A stretch of 64,000 nucleotides of DNA from Eledone cirrhosa (GCA_964016885.1 OZ024752.1:4712001-4776000), one strand, 5' to 3'; numbered from the stretch's first letter, positions 1 through 13,253 are shown. Translations and numbers: made by a program. The notes: a model not told the origin generated them from the letters alone.

Positions 1-289
1 GTAGTTGTGTGTTTTGGTGGTGGTGTAGGTGGCAGTGTTTGTAGTGGTGTAGGCTGTAGTTGTAGCTATAGATTTTGTGAGAAGTTTATCAATATTCTAA
101 TACAGTAATAGTTCCTGCTATTAGATCAGCTTACTGTGTCTAAGTATGAAGGTGGGCAGGCTACTTGTTCTACCTGAGTGTATGTGCCCAGCCAAACATT
201 CACTTGCTGAAGCCCTAAGTTATATGAAATTTGAGGCCTGTCTTCAAAAATATTCAGGTAAAAACATTTGAAATAATTCATTTCATTTT

Positions 290-622
290 CATTTCATTTC
301 ATTTTACGTCCGCTTTTCCCTGCTTGCAAGGGTGGGACGGGGAACTGATTCTGGCTTGATTTCTACTGCTGGATGCCCTTCCTAACACCAACCTCATTTA
401 CAGTGAGTGCTGGGTGCTTTTTGCCGTGGCGCCTACACGTCCACTTTGCAGTGGAATGATAGGGAACCCAGTCCCTATCATCTCATTTCTACAGCTGAGT
501 AAACTGGAGCAATGTGAAATAAAGTGTCTTGCTCAAGGAAACAACATATCACCCGGTCTGAGAATTGAACTCACAACCTTTCGATTGCAAGGCCAATGCT
601 CTAACCACTAAGCCATGTGCCT
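290..622 (-). mobile_element. tRNA-derived CORE-type SINE (family A) with RTE-derived 3' tail
   Basis: Minus strand: A box TGGCTTAGTGG, B box GAGTTCAATTC, MIR/CORE-like ccttgagcaag..cagtttactcagctgtagaaatg, tail identical to the 3' end of the RTE at 10906-10950. Confidence 0.88.
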
Positions 623-666
623 AATCATATATAATGATTATTATTTTTATATCAATGTTAATGATA

Positions 667-705
<39 letters not shown>

Positions 706-708
<3 letters not shown>

Positions 709-1005
709 TCATCATCACCATCATCATCACCGTTTTACGTCCGTTCTTCCACGCTAGCATGGGTTAGACGGGTTGTCCTGTTGTGGGCAGTGTCTGGTCG
801 GCTGACCATGCCTTGCTCATACAGGAACTGATCTGGCTTGATTTCTACAGCTGGATGCCCTTCCTAACACCAACCTCATTTACAGTGAGTGCTGGGTGCT
901 TTTTCGTGGCGCCTACACGTCCACTCTACAGTGTGGGCTGGGTGCTTTTTTGCCGTGGCACCTCCACGACCACCTTGCGGTGGGGGGGGGGGGCATATTG
1001 TTTAT
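706..1005 (-). mobile_element. Headless non-autonomous retroelement segment sharing the family A 3' half, alternative RTE-type tail
   Basis: Shares gtaaatgaggttggtgttaggaagggcatccagctg with family A. Two copies of the ~48-bp internal unit; tail cgtctaacccatgctagcgtggaagaacggacg(TGA)n. Confidence 0.7.
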
Positions 1006-1010
1006 ATGCT

Positions 1011-2907
1011 TCAGCATGTACCCATGGGAGGTCGGGTACCCTGTATTACTGCGTGACGCCAGAAGTCACGGTCGTGTGTCATTGACTTTGAGAGGTGTAG
1101 TTGGGTAAGGTCGGCTTTTATCAGCTCATCCCAAGTCATCTTGGGTCTCCCCACTCCGCGGTTTCCATCAACTTCTAGTGCTCTGCACCTTTTTATGCAG
1201 CTGTCATCCTTCATACGCATCACATGTCCATACCAGCGTAACCGCCTCTCCTGCACGCAGCATTTGATTCCTCTTATGCTCAGTCTCTCTCTCAATTCCT
1301 TTATGCTTTGTCGTTCACGTATATTACTGTTACACATCCATCGGAGCATGCAGGCTTCGTTTCTCTCTAATCTACGTAAGTCTTCCACCTTCAGCGCCCA
1401 GGTCTCACTACCATGCAACATCGCTGTTCGGATACACGCATCATACAGTCTGCCTTTCATTCTGAGGGAGAAGCCTTTTGCAGCTAGCAGTGGTAGTAGT
1501 TCCCTAAACTTCTTCCATCCCGTTCTTACCCTAGTTATTGTACTTTCTGAGCACCCACCTCCGTTGCTAATTCGGTCACCTAGGTAGCAGAAGCTGTCTA
1601 CTGTTTCTACAGGGCCCTCCCAGAGATTGGTGGTACTTGTTTCCTGTGGCTGTTTGCTTGCTGTTTCAGCACAGCTGCTGCATGTGAATCCTACATTCTT
1701 AATTAAGCTTCCTGAGATCCCGCTACATCTCTTGTGTACCCATTGTTTGCACTTGGGGCAGAGAATGGAGTTCCTACCTACACCTTTCCTACATACTGAG
1801 CAAGGCCATTTCCCTGAGGGGATCTGGGTTCTGTTTTCTCGTCTACTTATAAGGACCTTAGTCTTTGTCATGTTGACTTTGAGGCCCTTTCTCTCTAGTC
1901 CCTGCTTCCAGGTTTGGAATTTATTCTCTAGTTCTACCATAGATTCAGCTATGAGTGCGAGGTCATCAGCATACAGGAGTTCCCATGGGCATCCGGTCTT
2001 AAACTCCTCCGTTATTGCCTGCAGGACTATGATGAACAGGAGAGGGCTAAGAACAGAGCCCTGGTGGACCCCAACCTGTACGCTAAATTCCTCGCTATAC
2101 TCATTGCCAATCCTAACTTTGCTGACTGCTCCCCTATACATGGCTTGTACCGCTTTCACAAGCCATTCATCTACTCCTAGTTTTCTAAGAGCCCACCAGA
2201 TTACTGCACGTGGAACTCTGTCAAAGGCTTTCTCAAGGTCGACAAATGCCAAGTAGAGTGGCTTACTTTTAGCTAGGTACTTTTCCTGTAATTGCCTCAC
2301 AAGGAAGAGGGCATCAGTGGTGCCTTTCCCTGGTACAAACCCAAATTGCATCTCGTCTATATTCACTCGGTCCCTAATCAGCTGTGCTATAACTCTTTCT
2401 GTTACTTTCATGACCTGGTCCATCAACTTTATACCTCTATAGTTTCCTCTATCTAGTGCATCGCCTTTACCTTTGTAGCAGTTGACAATGATGCTACTGC
2501 ACCAATCTTTTGGTATGGCCCCCTCTAGTATTACCTGGTTAACGATACGTGTGGTTATAGTGTGACCTACAGACCCAGATGCCTTCAGCATCTCGGCAGC
2601 TATACCCGATGGACCGGTTGCCTTCCCTATCTTCATATCTCTGATTGCCTTACTTACTACGCTGCCGCTGACTTGTACTGCTGGTCCCTCTATAGGGTCT
2701 ACGTGGGGTAGGGTCTCTTCTTCCCATGCATTCTCCTCATTTAGTAATCTATCATAATGACTCTTCCATGCATCTTTCTTCTCAGCACTTGTGAGGGCAA
2801 GCTCACCTTTATCATTCCGGATACACTTCTCTCCAATGACATCACAACTATCTCTGACACACTGCCTCGCAATCTTGAATACCTCCTGTTTCTGGTCCTC
2901 ACGTTGT

Positions 2908-2908
<1 letters not shown>
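1011..2908 (-). mobile_element. RTE-clade LINE, 5'-truncated, open ORF2 segment (RT + PHD-like finger + C-terminus)
   Basis: Stop-free frame with NYRGI, QFGF, FVDLEKAFD, QGSVLSPLLF, LLYADDL and RTE C-terminal RRLRWYGHV..GRPK.TW. 5' end abuts (TA)n at ~2910; the N-terminal IYIY of the listed ORF is microsatellite. Confidence 0.93.
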
Positions 2909-2952
<44 letters not shown>

Positions 2953-3042
2953 GTTTCTGCCCACAACAGGACAGCTCATGCTAGCATGGAAAAATAGACG
3001 TTAAATGATGATAATGATGAGACCAACCTGCCCAAAACAGCC

Positions 3043-3183
3043 TTATTTACATTACTTTATATTTTCCTTGTAAATGCTTTATCTCACATAATATTGAATC
3101 TATGAGATTTTGATATTATTTTGTGAACTATACCTTAACATCAATATGAGTGGCCAGTTACAGCCGGTTTAAATACTAAAGGG
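3043..3183 (-). mobile_element. piggyBac-like MITE fragment
   Basis: Ends in taaatactaaaggg|TTAA; internal sequence matches the copies at 28677 and 28928. Confidence 0.7.
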
Positions 3184-3519
3184 TTAAAGGGTTCCCATCT
3201 CAACAAAACCTTCCAGAGTAATTTAATGTAAGAACTATTTGTTAGTTTATGTTACAAATCACATCTTAATAATGAAGTAATAATTTTAGTAAACACCTCC
3301 AAATTCTTCGTTAATTAACTAAAATACAGTATATTTAATTGGAAATGTGGTAACTAAAGAATTTAAGGGGTTGGTGTGTGATGTAGGTTACATACAGTAT
3401 GTTTAATTAGGAATATGGTAACAAAGGAATTGAAGATGTTTGTATGTGATGTAGGTTATATGATTGTCTGAGTGTTACCAAAATTAACTAAAATACAGTA
3501 TGTTTAATTAGAAATGTAA

Positions 3520-3820
3520 TGAAGCTTAGTGTTTAGAGCGTTGGGCTTGCAATCATGAGGTTGTATTCTCAGACCGGGTCATGCATTGCATCCTTGAGCA
3601 AGTCACATTATTTCACATTGTTCCAGTTTACTCAGCTGGTGCCAAGCTGTATCATCCTTGGCCTTTCTCTTGGACAACATCGGTGGCATTGATAGGGGAG
3701 GCTGGTATGCATGGGTGACTGCTGGTCTTCCACAAACAACCTGGCCTGGACTTGTGCCTCGGAAGAGAGCTTTCTAGGTGCAAATCCTATTGTCATTCTT
3801 GAGTGAAGGGGGTTTTTACC
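3520..3820 (+). mobile_element. CORE-type SINE with a different 3' half
   Basis: Degenerate family A head and core (ccttgagcaag..ccagtttactcagctg), then unrelated 3' sequence. Confidence 0.65.
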
Positions 3821-4779
3821 ATTATGCTTTAATTAGAAATGTGATAATGAAGGGGTTAAAGATGATGGTATGTGATGTAAGCATCTAATTAACTGCCTGA
3901 GTGTTACCACTAAATCTGATAATCTCTTCAGTCTTCATCTAGTTGATGACTATATCTAGTAATTTGTAATATGGATTTCAACATGGCAGATCAACCAGTG
4001 GTACAGTAGAGCAGTAGAGAAAATACCTTGTAGTATTTAGTACGGTTTCCCAAGCAAGATGGTTGGATAACATCCATGAGCTTGGCTGGTCTCGCTTGGA
4101 GATCCAGCTGGATCAGTTGGAGACAGTTGCTTCTGACAGGATTCGCTGGAAGGAGTGTTTGAGGACTCTGTCTCCCCACCCACCCCTCACCCTCTCAGGA
4201 ATAAGTGGATGATGAAGAAGAGGAGGAGTAGGAGGCAGAAGAAAATGAGTAATACCTGTAATTCAAAGAGCCAGCTTTGTTACACACTGTGTCATGCTGA
4301 ATCTTCTTGAGAACTACATAAAGGGGGCAGATGTCTGTGGAATGTTCATCACTCACATCTTAATTTCACAAGTCGTCTGTTCTGTTCTGTTGTTTAAACA
4401 ACTGGAACACTCATTGGAAATGATAGAGGTCGAACACATCTGATCATAAACCTGCTTGTTCAGAACTGAACCAGGGTTAAGCAACCTCATATTTTCAGAC
4501 AACAGAAATTAATAATTTAGATAACAAAGAAACTTCTACAATGATCAAAGGTTAAAGAATTTAGTTCAATCAAATATAAGTTTCTGAAATAAAATGGTAA
4601 ACCATAAATGAATTAATTTATTAGTAATTAGTAAAGTTCTAATTAAGAAATGGTTACTCTATTGAACTATTAATTTGTACTTAAAATAGAATAGTAAATA
4701 TATAAATATTGAATGAAAGTATGTTTGTGGTTTATGGGAGTGATAGGAGGGATGGAATATAAGGGATAGAAATAGTAGC

Positions 4780-5162
4780 AGATACACACATACATACATA
4801 CACACACACACATATACACACACGTATGCACATACACACATGTACACACATAGATACATGCATAAACATACACACACACACACACATATATACTCATACA
4901 CATATATACTCATAAACATACATACACACATGTATATACTCATACATATGCACACACACATATACACATACACACACATACATAAACACATACACACCCA
5001 TACACATATACATATACACACACACATACATAAACACACATACACACCTATATACACTCATACACATATACATACACACATGCATACACACACATATACA
5101 CATACTTCTCATACCCTCACACACACACACACACACACACGCATATGCATACATGCATACAC
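4780..5162. repeat. Degenerate (CA/TA)n microsatellite
   Basis: Directly visible. Confidence 0.9.
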
Positions 5163-6024
5163 CTAAAAAGATTGAGATAGGAGGAAGGTAGAAAAATTAG
5201 ATAGGAAGATAAAAGCAGAGAGAATGAGGAATAAGGAATGATTGAAAAGTGAAGCTCTTTAGAGAAGGAGAGAGAAAAATGATAAAAACAAAAATGTTGA
5301 GTTGAGAGGAGTGGGAAATAATGAGAGATGGCGATGAAAGTAAATGAGATGAAGAATATGGTAAGATCAGTAACCAAATTCCAGTTGTATCTGGCATCGT
5401 GCCTTGTCTCAGACATTTTTATACATACTTTATTCCATTACATTTAAGTTAATATATTTTCTCAGAAAACAATCTACTATTAATTCACTAATGAGTTTGA
5501 TTTCTTCAAAGGATATGTTATATACATATAATTAAATGAGAACATATGTACACCACCTGCTGTGTATATTTATACACACACATATATATATCGTGTATAT
5601 TTATATACACATATATATATCATGTATATTTATACATACACACATATGTATATTTATACACACACTTATATGCCATGTACATTTCTATATACACACATGT
5701 ATATATATATATATACCATATGTACCCTAGTTTCAAAATTAGGTAGACTGTTGGCATCAGGAAGGGCATCCTGCTTCAACACACTGCCTCAGAAAGTCCC
5801 ATCCCACCCATGCCAGTATGGAAAAGCAAACAAAAACTATGAGGATACATATGTCTACCATCATCATCATCCACTGTTTTACATCTGTATTTCATGCTGG
5901 CATGGGTTGGATAGGTTGTCACACATTCCAGTTTCACATGTTTGCTAAAGCTGGCTACCCTTCCTAATACCAACCATTGCCTATAGTTCTCAGGGAGATT
6001 CAACATGACTCAATGTGTGATAAG

Positions 6025-6496
6025 GCCGGCCTTTTGAACTACAAGTACAACTAATTCTTGCCAACTGGGTAGACTGGAATAATGTAAAATAAAGTAACTT
6101 GTTCAAGGACACAATTCACTTCCAAAAATCAAACACATGACCTTCCAATCCTGAGCCAAATATCCCAAGTACTAAACTACATGCCTTCACGAACCAAATA
6201 TTCTGTTCTAAGTCTAAAGTCTGTCTTAAACTAGAAGGCTCGTTAGGCTGGTGCTTATCCCAGTTTCATGGCGTGAACCGTCTGAGAGTACAAGACTTCC
6301 CCCTGGATAGGACACCAGTCCATCTCAGGGTTAAACCCCAAGCTATTGCTGGTACACATTTTCAACTGAGTACACTGGATCAACATGAAATGAAGTGTTT
6401 TGCTCAAGAACACAACATGCAACCCAGCCCAGGAATTAAACCGACAACATTATGATTGTAAGTCCAACACCCTGACCACTAGGACACACACCTCCA
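6025..6496 (-). mobile_element. Two diverged CORE-type SINEs in tandem (about 6025-6190 and 6225-6496)
   Basis: Both carry degenerate tRNA-like heads and the cttgagcaa..catttca..ccagt core; the second matches the element at 60790-61242. Confidence 0.6.
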
Positions 6497-6944
6497 CTAA
6501 AAATATTTTGTTTTCTTCTTTGCTTTTGAAAAGAAAGACTCACAGCTGGCGCAGTTGGTCGTTATCAGCCGGCATTCACTCTGCAAATTGCCAAGTATAC
6601 TGTTGCAGAAGAAAATATGGGTCAGTTGAAGCTGTATAAAGCCTTTTATAGTAAATCTGTTTAATCAAGTCTGACCTGGGGCTAAACAATAATAACATTG
6701 ACAGAGTTTCAAACAAATCAATAACTACATCAATCTCAACTAATAGATTTGCTGTTTGTTTAATCTGTTTTCAATGTCATTTTTATAATTTGACAAAAGA
6801 AAACTGTATTTTATTCATGTCAGATTCTGCTGGAAATTAGGGAAGACTTCAAAAGAATCAGCTGATTATATTTACCAGGAAGTTAAGACATGACAAGTAA
6901 ATCTGAAGACATTATGGCAAAAGTGACAATATTAACCGTAATAA

Positions 6945-7330
6945 TAATTGTTTCTAGTTTTGACACAAGGCCAACAATTACCCCCAGTGCATTACTGGTA
7001 CTTTATTTTATCGACCCTGTAAGGATAAAAGGCAAAGCTAATCTCTGCGGGATTTGAACTGAGAATGGAAAGGGCCGTAACTCATGCCACTAAGCATGTT
7101 GTCCAACACTCTGCCAATCCACTGCCCTTAATAATAATAATAATAATAATAATTGTTTCTACTTTTGGCACAAGGCCAGCAATTAACCAGTGCATTACTG
7201 GTACTTTATTTTATTGACCCCGTAATGATGAAAGGCAAAGTTAACCTCGGCGGGATTTGAACTCAGAATGGCCGTAACTCTATACATCAAAGCATGGTGT
7301 CCGACCCTCTACCGATACTGCCAATTCAAA
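6945..7330 (-). mobile_element. Two tRNA-derived SINEs, family B (Meta/MESC-like core)
   Basis: Reverse complement of gagttcaaatcccgccgagg..gcctttcatccttacggggtcgataaaataaagtaccag with an (ATT)n tail. Core superfamily assigned from memory. Confidence 0.8.
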
Positions 7331-7625
7331 TAATAATATCACATGACTAGGAAGTGTTAAGTTGACCACAGAAGGAAGTCAATATTGACCTCAGAATGTC
7401 CAGACCCAGAACAAATGCTGTTAGCTATAGAATTGCGGTGTTTGCTCCAACATAGCAGTATACATAGAAGTATGTCAATTTTCTATATTGAATAATATAC
7501 AATATGTTTACGAATAAACATTTGAAAGCCTTTCACTATGAATTTTAAAGGTGGTGGCCTAGCAAGTTCCAGTTGAAGTAAGTTTGGTTGTTCCAATTAT
7601 TTCATCAAATCAATATTATAATAAG

Positions 7626-7815
7626 AGCGGTGGATTGGCAGTATCGGTAGAGGGTCGGACGCCATGCTTTCCAGCATAGTTACGTCCCTTTACGATCTGA
7701 GTTCAAATCCCGCCGAGGTTGACTTTGCCTTTCATCCTTACGGGGTCGATAAAATAAAGTACCAGTAATGCACTGGTTAATTGCTGGCCTTGTGCCTAAA
7801 GTAGAAACAATTATA
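7626..7815 (+). mobile_element. SINE family B, full length
   Basis: TGGCAGTATCGG A-box-like, GAGTTCAAATCC B box, gcctttcatccttacggggtcgataaa core, tail gtagaaacaattat. Confidence 0.85.
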
Positions 7816-8156
7816 ATAAGAGCGCTGCCTGTCTGTCTGCTCAATCTATAGAGAGAGGGGGAGTGCCAATTGAGAGATAAGTACATAGATAGAGAAAAAG
7901 GAATGCTGTGTGTTTTCGAGGTGACAGAAAGAGGGGAAGCAGCAAGTGAGAGATATATACACATAGATAGACAAAAGGGAGGTAATTTGTTGAGAGAGAG
8001 AGTATGACAGAAAGAGGGAGAAGACATCACACTCATCTAGTAATAATACAAACATATACAAAAGATGGTTTCACAAAATAACAAAGTTGCCATACTCTGG
8101 GATATTTGAATCCATATGGGTGGAGTGGGGAGATCAATGTAAATTAACCAGGTATA

Positions 8157-8433
8157 TGAGGGCCAGCTGTAAAGTTCTTAGGCTGACCAAGAGACTGTCA
8201 TGGAATGACCAAATGAGGCTTATTTTTCAACATAGTCCCTGGAAAGAGACAATGCAGTTATTAAGAAGATTTGAAATTAATGCATGCAAGATTTCACAGC
8301 TCTAGCATCTGTCACTCTCCTTCATAGCCAGCCTATGAACTGTTAAGCCCACCCTCGTTGTTAAGGATTACCAAAGACAGGAACTACTTTCTATCCTTGA
8401 TGGTCAGCCTATGAACTTTTCAGCCCACCCTCG
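8157..8433. mobile_element. mariner-like MITE with duplicated right end
   Basis: TA|tgagggccagctgtaaagttcttaggctgacca is an inverted match to agcctatgaacttttcagcccaccctcg, which occurs at ~8330-8357 and ~8401-8433. Confidence 0.65.
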
Positions 8434-8583
8434 TGGTTTTGAAGGATTACTAAGTGAAGACAGGAACTACTTCCCAATCAGTGTATCATTCCCAACACAA
8501 ATGATAGTGTGTTTCTAAAAGAAATTGGAAAAATTATCCAAATACAAAGATCTAGAAATAGAGAGAACAAGAATGTAGGCATT

Positions 8584-8928
8584 CATCATCATCATTTCAT
8601 TTTACGTCCGCTTTTTCCCTGCTTGCAAGGGTGGGACGGAAACTGATTCTGGCTTGATTTCTACAGCTGGATGCCCTTCCTAACACCAAGCTCATTTACA
8701 GTGAGTGCTGGGTGCTTTTTTTTTTGCCGTAGCACCTCCACGACCACTTTGCAGTGGAATGATAGGGACCCCAGTCCCTATCATCTCATTTCTACAGCTG
8801 AGTAAACTGGAGCAATGTGAAATAAAGTGTCTTGCTCAAGGAAACAACACATCACTCGGTCTGAGAATTGAACTCACAATCTTTCGATTGCAAGGCCAAT
8901 GCTCTAACCACTAAGCCATGTGCCTCCA
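8584..8928 (-). mobile_element. SINE family A, full length
   Basis: Near-identical to 290-622. Confidence 0.88.
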
Positions 8929-9025
8929 TTGAAAACAGAAATAAAAACAGGTTCTTTGGGAATCATTAAAAACATGCAGATAAATACATAACTATCTATT
9001 CACATACACGACTTATAGAAGATAG

Positions 9026-9123
9026 CATTACTATGTATTGTACACATTACTATGTATTGTACACATTACTATATATTGTACACATTACTATGTATTGTAC
9101 ACATTACTATGTATTGTACACAT
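9026..9123. repeat. 21-bp minisatellite (cattactatgtattgtacaca), about 4.5 copies
   Basis: Directly visible. Confidence 0.85.
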
Positions 9124-9304
9124 AATGCTCTCAATCGAGGAGATAATATAAAACCTACACAAAACAGTATATGTACCCAAGACACATAGAGCTGCTCTCA
9201 ATTGCACAAGGAAAGCATGAAATAAAAATAAGTCCACTGAAAATAAGATAATAAAAGAGTCAGGTTTGTGAGGTGATCTCTTTTTTTTATGTCTTCAAAA
9301 TGTT

Positions 9305-10496
9305 ACCACTACTACCACCACCAAAACTTCGACTACTACCACCACCAAAACCTCCACCACTACTACCATCATAACCATCACCACCATCATAACCACCACC
9401 TTTCACTCACATCAAAACCATCACCAGCACTCTCACCACCATCATAACCACCACCACCATCATCAGAACCACTACTCACATTAAAACCATCACCACCACC
9501 ACCACCAACCACCATCACCACCAACCACCACCACCACTATCACCACCACCACGATCACCACCACCACTACCATCACCACCACCACCATCATCACCACCAA
9601 CCACCACCACCACTATCACCACCACCATCACCACCACCACCATCATCACCACCACCACCATCACCACCACCATTACCACCACCACCACTATCACCACCAC
9701 CACCACCAACCACCACCACCACTATCACCATCACAATCATCACCACCACCGTCACCACCACCACTTTCACCACTATCACCACCACTACCACTACCACCAC
9801 TACCACCACCACTATCACCATCACAATCATCACCACCACTATCATCACCACCACCACTTTCACCACTATCATCATCACCACCACCACCACCACCACCATC
9901 ACTATCACCACCACCACCACTATCACCACCACCACCACCACTATCACCATCACCATCACCACCACCACCACCACCACCACTATCACCATCACCACCACCA
10001 CCACCACCACTATCACTATCACCACCACCATCACCACCACCACCACCACTATCACCACCACCACTTTCACCACTATCATCACCACCACCACCACCACCAC
10101 CACCACCACTATCACCACCACTACCACCACCACCACCACCATCACTATCACCACTATCACCATCACCACCACCACCACCACCACTATCACCATCACCATC
10201 ACCACCACCACCACCACCACCACCACCACTATCACCATCACCACCACCACCACCACCACCACTATCACCACCACCATCACCACCACCATCACCACCACCA
10301 TCACCACCACCATCACCACCACCACCACCACCACCACCACCATCACCACCACCACCACCATCACCACCACCACCACCATCACTATCACCACCACCACCAC
10401 TATCACCATCACCACCACCACCACCACCATCACCATCACCATCACCACCACCATCACCACCACCACCACCACCACCACCACTATCATCACCATCAT
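9305..10496. repeat. ~1.2-kb (CAC/CAT/TAT)n trinucleotide array
   Basis: Directly visible; explains the poly-V and poly-G ORFs. Confidence 0.95.
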
Positions 10497-10823
10497 CTCC
10501 CATTTGTATGCATGACATTGCCTTCTGCAGCATTGTTAAAATCTATCACACTGTATGCACTACATTCCTTGCAATCCTATACATCATGTCCGGCCATATT
10601 CTCTAGTGGCAAATAATTCATTTATATGATTTCAATAGCAACATTTTGCTGTGACAGCAAACATGGCTGTCTGTGGCGCTTTGTAGTTGAGCCTAAATCT
10701 CTGGCTTTATTTAACAAATTTGCAACTAATATAAGGCCTTTTATATATATGTATATGTGTATATATATATGTTGATATGCGCGTGTAAGTGTATATATGT
10801 ATATATATATGTATATATATATG

Positions 10824-10861
<38 letters not shown>

Positions 10862-10905
10862 AGTATATGTATATATGTATATATATATAAGTATATGTAT
10901 ATATC

Positions 10906-12598
10906 ATCATCATTTTACGTCCGCTTTTCCCTGCTTGCAAGGGTGGGACGGGTCTTATTCAGCACAGCATCTCTCCACTCGTCACGGTCCCTCGTCATCT
11001 CCACCGTGAGCCTCAATGATCTGAGGTCTGTTCTCACCACCTCCGCCCATGTTTTTCGTGGTCTACCTCTACCACGTCTTCCTTCAACTGGCATTTCCTG
11101 GCACTTCTTCACCCATCGGTCATCCTCCATGCGCATCACATGTCCATACCACCTCAGTCTCCTCTCCCGTACACTACATTCTATCCCTCTCAGACACAGT
11201 TTCTCTCTCAACACATTTATGCTGGGTCGTTCACGCACATTTACACTGCACATCCAACGGAACATGCTTGCCTCATTTCTCTCCAGCCGTCGCATATCCT
11301 CTGCGGTTGCTGCCCATGCCTCACTACCATGCAGCATCGCGCTCCTCACACAGGCATCATACAACCGGCCTTTCGTACGCAGGGAGAAACCCTTCTTCGT
11401 CAACAGAGGAAGCAGCTCCCTAAACTTCTTCCAACCCGTCCTTATTCTAGATACTATGGCCTCGGAACACCCTCCTCCCATGCTAATCTGATCTCCTAGG
11501 TACCGGAAGCTATCCACCACTTCTATAGCGCCCTCTCGCATTTGAAAAATGTGTCTATCAGTGCGACTTCTACTGTCTAATTTCCCTGTACATCTACTGC
11601 ATACATATTTCTCCCTACCTGTTAGTTTGCCTGCTATCCCGCTACATCTCTTGTGTACCCAGGACCTGCATTGTGTGCATTTTATAGAATTTATGCCAGT
11701 TCCTTTTCTGCATATCGAACATGGCCATTTCCCTGACGGAATCAGGGTTTTGTCCGCTTTTCTACTCATCAACAGTTTTGTGTTAGCTAGATTTACTCTC
11801 AGTCCTCTTGCTTCCAACTGCTGTTTCCATAGCCGGAATTTATTCTCTAGCTCCTCTACTGATTCTGCTATAAGAGCCAGATCGTCAGCATAGAGAAGTT
11901 CCCATGGACAGCCAGTCTTAAACTCCTCTGTTATGGCTTGGAGGACTATAATGAACAAGAGCGAGCTGAGGACCGAACCCTGATGTACTCCTACTTGTAT
12001 CTGGAATTCCTCACTAAACTCCATTCCTACCCTGACTTTACTGAGAGTACCTCTGTACAAAGTTTGCACTGTCCTCACAAGCCATTCCTCAACACCTAGC
12101 GTCCTTAGGGACCACCAGATGACAGATCGGGGTACCCTATCAAAGGCCTTCTCTAGGTCAACAAAGGCTAAGTATAGTGGCTTATTCTTCTCTAAGAACC
12201 TCTCTTGCATTTGTCTCACCAAGAAGAGGGCATCTGTTGTACTCTTCCCAGGCACAAAACCAAACTGCATCTCATCTAGTTTGACCCTTTCTCTAATTAG
12301 TTGTGCTAAAATCCTTTCTGCCACTTTCATAACCTGATCTATCAGTTTTATACCCCTATAATTGCTCCTCTCCAAAGCATCCCCTTTACCTTTGTAGCAA
12401 TTTATGAGAATACTGCTGCACCAGTCTTTGGGTATGACACCACCATATATAGCCTGATTGATGATGCGTGCAACCAGTTTAGTGCCTACGTCCCCTGATG
12501 CCTTCAGCATCTCAGCAACTATTCCCGATGGTCCAGCCGCCTTACCATTTTTCATTTCCCTACTCGCCTCTTGGACCCTATATTCGTCAATCTCAATA
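10906..12598 (-). mobile_element. RTE-clade LINE (second subfamily), 5'-truncated, with intact 3' tail
   Basis: Stop-free frame with the same RT motifs (LLYADDL, DLEKAFD) and RRLRWYGHV..GRPRKTW. Ends ...[12 protein letters not shown] followed by (ATG)n and then (TA)n. Confidence 0.93.
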
Positions 12599-12899
12599 GC
12601 TTGTAAGGGTGGGACGGGAACTGATTCTGGCTTCATTTCTACAGCTGGATGCCCTTCCTAACACCAACTTCATTTACAGTGAGTGCTGGGTGCTTTTTTT
12701 CCGTGGCACCTACACGTCCACTTTGCAGTGGAATGATAGGGACACCAGTCCCTATCATCTCATTTCTACAGTTGAGTAAACTGGAGCAATGTGAAATAAA
12801 GTGTCTTGCTCAAGGAAACAACACATCACCCGGTCTGAGAATTGAACTCACAACCTTTCGATTTCAAGGCCAATGCTCTAACCACTAAGCCATGTGCCC
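12599..12899 (-). mobile_element. SINE family A fused to the 5' end of the RTE segment
   Basis: Complete head and body; the tail stops at ccgtcccacccttacaagc and runs straight into RTE coding sequence. Confidence 0.88.
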
Positions 12900-12975
12900 C
12901 CATATGTATATATATATATACACACACACACCCATATATATATACACACACACACACACATATATATATATACAT

Positions 12976-13083
12976 AGTAATAATAATAAATTTGGAAACT
13001 AAAATCCAAAGAGGGCTCGATAAGGATAAATAGGGTGAAAGCAGCGATTCTTTGCTTAAACTTTAATCTGTTATTTTAATAAA

Positions 13084-13085
<2 letters not shown>
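12976..13085. mobile_element. Putative Penelope-like terminal-repeat fragment with strand inversion, in (TA)n
   Basis: Same two sequence blocks as 15640-15862 and 38699-38950. Confidence 0.55.
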
Positions 13086-13119
<34 letters not shown>

Positions 13120-13253
13120 TAGAAGGGATATTTAATTTGTTGGAAATGTGACAAATATAAATGTTTATAACTGATTCAGAGCACTCGACAAGTTTCTGGA
13201 GTAAATATTCAATGATATTAAATAAATGGAAACTATATTTATAAAACCATATT

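Larger units (their letters stand above)
8480..9140 (+). mobile_element. Decayed R4/Dong-like retrotransposon C-terminal (RLE) relic, interrupted by a SINE
   Basis: EKLSKYKDLEIERTRM before the SINE and GSLGIIK after it resemble the EKxxKYxDL..GALG motif. Confidence 0.5.

Noticed and set aside
414-611. Recurring ~65-86 aa ORF (..LQLSKLEQCEIKCLAQGNN..)
   Set aside because: Antisense translation of SINE family A.
9515-10533. Gly-rich or Val-rich protein ORFs
   Set aside because: Trinucleotide array open in several frames, with no splice or domain support.
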